In this document: piece by piece, positions 61,465 to 64,000 of the stretch
How positions within the stretch are numbered: the stretch's first letter is position 1
Layout of the letters: each line of letters opens with the position of its first letter
Assembly (NCBI RefSeq): GCF_963921235.1
Contig: NC_086098.1
Span: 7,068,001 to 7,132,000 of the forward strand
DNA from: Mobula hypostoma
Lineage: Eukaryota
DNA length: 64,000 bases
Direction: 5' to 3'
Position numbers and translations under genes: made by a program
The notes under the pieces: generated by a model
Told to the model about the DNA's origin: nothing
The model's database searches: none
The model's input: only the letters and a program-made list of their open reading frames with translations

Positions 61465-62894
61465 ATAGAAACATAGAAAATAGGTGCAGGAGTAGGCCAT
61501 TCGGCCCTTCGAGCCTGCACCGCCATTCAGTATGATCATGGCTGATCATCCAACTCAGAACCCCGCCCCAGCCTTCCCTCCATACCCCCTGACCCCTGTA
61601 GCCACAAGGGCCATATCTCACTCCCTCTTAAACATAGCCAATGAACTGGCCTCAACAGTTTGCTGTGGCAGAGAATTCCACAGATTCACCACTCTCTGTG
61701 TGAAGAAGTTTTTCCTAATCTCGGTCCTAAAAGGCTTCCCCTCTATCCTCAAACCGTGACCCCTCGTTCTGGACTTCCCCAACATCGGGAACAATCTTCC
61801 TGCATCTAGCCTGTCCAATCCCTTTAGGATCTTATACGTTTCAATCAGATCCCCCCTCAATCTTCTAAATTCCAACGAGTACAAGCCCAGTTCATCCAGT
61901 CTTTCTTCATATGAAAGTCCTGCCATCCCAGGAATCAATCTGGTGAACCTTCTTTGTACTCCGTCTATGGCAAAGATGTCTTTCCTCAGATTAGGGGACC
62001 AAAACTGCACACAATACTCCAGGTGTGGTCTCACCAAGGCCTTGTACAACTGCAGTAGTACCTCCCTGCTCCTGTACTCGAATCCTCTCGCTATAAATGC
62101 CAGCATACCATTCGCCTTTTTCACCGCCTGCTGTACCTGCATGCCCACTTTCAATGACTGGTGTATAATGACTGGTTCTCCCCTATCCACTCTACTAGTT
62201 ACATCCTTAAAAAATTCTATGAGATTCGTCAGACATGATTTTCCTTTCACAAATCCATGCTGACTTTGTCCGATCATTTCTCCGCTTTCCAAATGTGCTG
62301 TTATCACATCCTTGATAACTGACTCCAGCAGTTTCCCCACCACCGACGTTAGGCTAACCGGTCTATAATTCCCCGGTTTCTCTCTCCCTCCTTTTTTAAA
62401 AATTGGGGTTACATTAGCCACCCTCCAATCCTCAGGAACTAGTCCAGAATCTAACGAGTTTTGAAAAATTATCACTAATGCATCCACTATTTCTTGGGCT
62501 ACTTCCTTAAGCACTCTAGGATGCATACCATCTGGCCCTGGGGATTTATCTGCCTTCAATCCCTTCAATTTACCTAACACCACTTCCCTACTAACATGTA
62601 TTTCGCTCAGTTCCTCCATCTCACTGGACCCTCTGTCCCTTACTATTTCTGGAAGATTATTTATGTCCTCCTTAGTGAAGACAGAACCAAAGTAATTATT
62701 CAATTGGTCTGCCATGTCCTTGTTCCCCATAATGAATTCACCTGTTTCTGTCTGCAGGGGACCTACATTTGCCTTTACCAGTCTTTTCCTTTTTACATAT
62801 CTATAAAAGCTTTTACAGTCCGTTTTTATGTTCTCTGCCAGTTTTCTCTCATAATCTTTTTTCCCCTTCCTAATTAAGCCCTTTGTCCTCCTCT
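61465..62894 (-). mobile_element. CR1 LINE with internal deletion, inserted in an L2 3' end
   Basis: ORF 61618-62730; L2 remnant on both sides (61255-61460 and 62900-62985). Confidence 0.92.
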
Positions 62895-62989
62895 TTTTAA
62901 AAATTTTATTTCTACTTTATCTCATTGTAAAGCACTTCGGGCAACATTGTTTATATGAAAAGTGCCCTGTAAAAACGCTATTATTAATA

Positions 62990-63385
62990 GGATGGCGGGG
63001 TGGAGATACGTCTTTCCCAAATGAGGTGTAAGGTGCTCCTTCCCTCTGCGATCCAGCCGGTCACCCTTGGACAAGGTGTAGCACCTGCTTATCCCCCCCC
63101 ACCGCCCAGATCTGGGTCACGTGAAGCCATGGGAGCAGGTGGTAGATGTCCGTATGAGCAGCCGGTGCATCACAAGTCCTAGTAATGTAACCAGTGACGC
63201 CAGGCTGACAATCTCTGAAGAGTAGGGATAATGGCTGGGCTCAGCCCATCTTGTAAAGACACTGCCCAGAAGAAGGCCATGGCGAACCTCTTCTGCAGAA
63301 AAATTTGCCAAGAGCAGTCATGGTCAGAGACCACGATCATCTACATCATACGACATGGGACGTAATGATGGTGATGATTATTACT
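62990..63385 (+). mobile_element. RTE-related short element (sense copy)
   Basis: Inverse of the 13492/18050/56235 copies; (ATG)n-like tail. Confidence 0.75.
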
Positions 63386-63387
63386 AT

Positions 63388-64000
63388 TAAATTTGACCTG
63401 TCCCCTGAAACCCTCACTAATTTTTATAGATGCACCGTAGAAAGCATTCTTCTAGGGTGCATCACAACCTGGTATGGAAGTTGTCCTGTCCAAGACCGAA
63501 AGAAGCTGCAGAAGATTGTGAACATGGCACAGCACATCACACAAACCAATCTTCCGTCCTTGGACTCACTCTACACCGCACGCTGTCGGAGCAGTGCTGC
63601 CAGGATAATCAAGGGCACAACCCACCCAGCCAACAGACTTTTCGTCTCTCTTCCCTCCGGGAGAAGGTTTAGGAGCTTGAAGTCTCATACGGCCAGATTT
63701 GGGAACAGCTTCTTTCCAACTGTGATAGGACTGCTGAACGGATCCTGACCCAGATCTAGGCCATACCCTCCAAATATCCGGACCTGCCTCTCGGTTTTTT
63801 TTGCACTACCTTAATTTCCATTTTTCTATTTTCTATTTATAATTTATAATTTAAATTTTAATATTTACTAATTTTAACTTTTTAATATTTATAATATTTA
63901 ATATTTGTAATCCAAGGAGTGTGAAGCACAGAATCAAATATCGCTGTGATGATTGTACGTTCTAGTACCAATTGTTTGGCGACAATAAAGTATAAAGTAA
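63388..64000 (+). mobile_element. Rex1/Babar-like LINE 3' end
   Basis: FYRCTVESILLGCITTWYG...LPSGRR...NSFFPTVIGLLN*; AT-rich UTR and aataaagtataaagta tail. Confidence 0.85.

Overview
Eukaryotic (vertebrate) genomic DNA. The repeat repertoire points to a cartilaginous fish, probably a ray, but this is inferred. The window holds nine consecutive, in-phase + strand coding exons of the receptor tyrosine kinase EPHA7 (1,249 coding nt), covering the transmembrane, juxtamembrane, complete kinase and most of the SAM domain. They are equivalent to human exons 8-16 and all have GT-AG borders. The extracellular exons and the last exon lie outside the window. The introns are dense with transposable elements: CR1 LINEs, Rex1/Babar- and L2-like LINEs, Penelope-like elements (PLEs), a Hero-clade RLE retrotransposon fragment, a solo LTR, tRNA-derived and RTE-derived short elements, and Tc1, mariner, Tigger and hAT DNA elements. 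Almost all ORFs in the track are TE remnants or artefacts. Most notable observations: (1) a family of minimal hammerhead-ribozyme motifs in PLE terminal repeats; (2) repeated fold-back PLE mini-insertions with target-site duplications (TSDs) and two fixed 3' ends; (3) non-coding Tigger-type elements that closely resemble mammalian MER2/Tigger repeats as I recall them, so are horizontal-transfer candidates; (4) a four-TIR palindromic mariner MITE. No wholly new protein-coding system is evident.
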